Below are positions 62,000-64,000 of a DNA stretch of 64,000 bases, piece by piece (positions within the stretch are counted from its first letter, which is position 1; each line of letters opens with the position of its first letter). The DNA is from Phoronis australis. Taxonomy: Eukaryota > Animalia > Phoronida. The position numbers were made by a program, and so were the translations under genes. Where the stretch lies: assembly GCA_002633005.1 (NCBI GenBank), contig NMRA01000002.1, forward strand, positions 574,044 through 638,043. Reading direction: 5' to 3'. The notes under the pieces were generated by a model. That model saw only the letters and a list, made by a program, of their open reading frames with translations. It made no database searches and was not told where the DNA came from.

Positions 62000-63496
62000 A
62001 TGTTTTACTGCATTCTGGTTGTTGTATAGATTTTTATGTGTAATGTACACCCTTATGAGGAAGAAGGAAACGTAACTTAGAAAATCTCGTGGTTGCCCAC
62101 AGGGGCTCGGTTACATTCGCTGGATAAATAACCCCGTTGCTCAGTCAATTAGAGTGCAGCTTGATTATCATTGACGCAATATAAATCTCTATCGAAAGAG
62201 CCAGTGGGGATTTTACGCTTGGAACAAAGCACTTAACCATCTGCTCTTTTTCATGGATGAAAGGATACGATCTTTTGAAGACCGCCCATTTCAGGAGTCA
62301 ATGCGGCGGGTGCGGAGATCACAATTCAATGTACACCTAACGGCAGGTCTACTTCAGCCAGGACAGTGTGATTTCTAACTGATCCGGTAGAGTCGGTGAC
62401 GGCCGGACGTGTAACAGAGTTGGGTTGATGATGCCAAACAAAGGCAAATGCTTGTCAAATCCCCCACCCCGTTTTCAAAAGTGCCTTTCTACGGACCTGT
62501 TGCACGCACGTGATCATATCCAATTGCTCTTCTCGTCTATAGCCGGGCTGCTGTTGCGCACGACGACGACTTTTCTAGTGGTATTTGCTTTTCTTTTAGC
62601 CGTGACAACCCATCCTGTTGATTCATCAATTCTTTCATTATCCTTTCCTCAACAGACTACGTATATGTATACAAGGTTTTAATTGTCTCATGTCGTGCGA
62701 CAACACAGACCCTTGAGCACTTTACAATGTGGTTTTTAAACTTGGTATTTAAAAGCAATAATAACGAAAAACCAATAAATATATTGATCTGGTAAAACGA
62801 GACGAAGCAGTCGGGGCGGCGAACGTCATGATTGGTCGCATACAATGTACATGATCACTTTGGCTTTTTACCGACACTGGTATACCAATGTCTGAGAGGA
62901 ACCGCAGGTGGAGAATGCGTGCTGAGCTGTCTGCCTGAAGTGAACGATACCTCAGCTGACATCTCCTGAAAAGGCGTGAAAATCCTACTGTTGAATGAAC
63001 TATCTGATAGTTCATTCGATTGTTCTCGCCTAAAACCATCTGCTTTCCATGTGGTTTTGTTGGCGATGCAGCCCGAGAAAGCGCTTTTCGCGGGCGCATC
63101 GCTCAATGGCACAATCTCGCGAAGCGCTTTTCCTTACTGAACCCAAGGCTGAGATGGCAGCTCTCGTAGTGTTATAGATTGAAAATACGGCAATTGAACG
63201 TCGGCTCCGCTACTGCCTACTCAGACTGGGACAGGCAGCTCAGCTCGTACTTGTAGGTCGGCGTCTGCGCTAATGCCCTGAAACCCTCTGATCCTTTACC
63301 TCAACGTTCTTAGTTCCATTCTGCTTGACGGAAGGCATGTATACGGGACATGATGCTTATTCCCGAGGTGGCTGAGGATTGAATTTTTGAAAGCCAAGAT
63401 TCCCTTCAAGAGGTTGCTTTTTCCGATTTTCAAATCGCAACCTTTTGAAGGGAAAATGACCACTTTTTCAGTTGCGGATTTGGAATTATGAAACGT

Positions 63497-63743
63497 CAGT
63501 GACGGATCAACAGGGGGAAGGGGTTCAGGGGATTTAACCCCCCGGGACAGGATTAAAAATAAAAAAAAATGAAAATAAAAAAACGTCACCAGGAAAACGA
63601 AATCAGCTACAAAAACCAAAAAAATTCTTACAAAAAAGAGAGGGAAAACCACCCCCCGTCCTCCCCCCGCTCGGCACTACGCACCTCGGATTCGCGCGAA
63701 TCCTAACCCCCGCCCCCTTACTGAAAATGTAGATCTTCCACTG
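63497..63743. mobile_element. Small MITE with CAGTG...CACTG termini
   Basis: TIRs cagtgacggatc / gatcttccactg, G-rich left and C-rich right subterminal regions, flanked by direct repeat AACGT. Confidence 0.75.
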
Positions 63744-63754
63744 AACGTGGTTCA

Positions 63755-63827
63755 CTTTGGAACAGATCCCTGAAGAAGGCTTTCATGTTTTATGTGTGGA
63801 AGGTCAAAAACCGTCAGTTGTCCAAAG
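63755..63827 (+). ncRNA. Degenerate type I hammerhead ribozyme-like motif
   Basis: CTTTGGA...cc-CTGAAGA-A-GGCTTTC...GAAGGTC-AAAAAC-C-GTC-ag...TCCAAAG: core, stem II and distal stem I are present; the GAAA box and stem III are mutated. Confidence 0.45.
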
Positions 63828-64000
63828 GTTGTTAATTTAATTTCAATTCAATAAAAAAGGCACGATAAATCATTCGTCTCCGGCATGGCAGTTTTAGTGG
63901 TTGCGCAGGCATGTTTTATGATTTCCCTCTGCCAGGGGTCTCTGTTCCCTGTCTCATTTTCAACTCAATGACCATGACTGGCGGCTCTTGCATTACTAAT

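Noticed and set aside
62537-62656. Minus-strand segment SVEERIMKELM...ATAARL* as the last exon of a neighbouring gene (PTS1-like ARL)
   Set aside because: Weak acceptor, no upstream exon within the window and no family recognised.
62870-63455. Identification as telomerase RNA, 7SK or RNase P/MRP
   Set aside because: No CTAACCCTAA-type template, 7SK GAUC motif pair or P4 conserved regions were found by eye; left unassigned.

Overview
AT-rich, intron-rich animal genomic DNA, probably a bilaterian invertebrate (inferred from CTCF-like motifs and the repeat content); nothing here looks prokaryotic. Four spliced genes form two head-to-head pairs: RPS19BP1/AROS (-, 4 coding exons), a ZCCHC7/Air1-2-like zinc-knuckle gene (+, 8 coding exons), RPL30 (-, 4 coding exons plus a 5'TOP exon) and WDR35/IFT121 (+, 32 exons, 1172 aa). 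All were assembled by hand from GT-AG junctions with consistent phases. The introns hold many MITEs, a decayed DDE transposase and a truncated Penelope-like retroelement with inverted pLTRs carrying decayed hammerhead ribozymes. Best leads: (1) a candidate frameshifting poison exon in RPL30 whose donor can be sequestered in a two-state hairpin; (2) a hairpin-dense ~600-nt segment with no recognisable ORF next to a degenerate type I hammerhead at the window end (retrozyme-like?); (3) several frame-preserving candidate micro/cassette exons in WDR35. All identifications are by eye and from recalled family sequences; no searches or folding programs were run.
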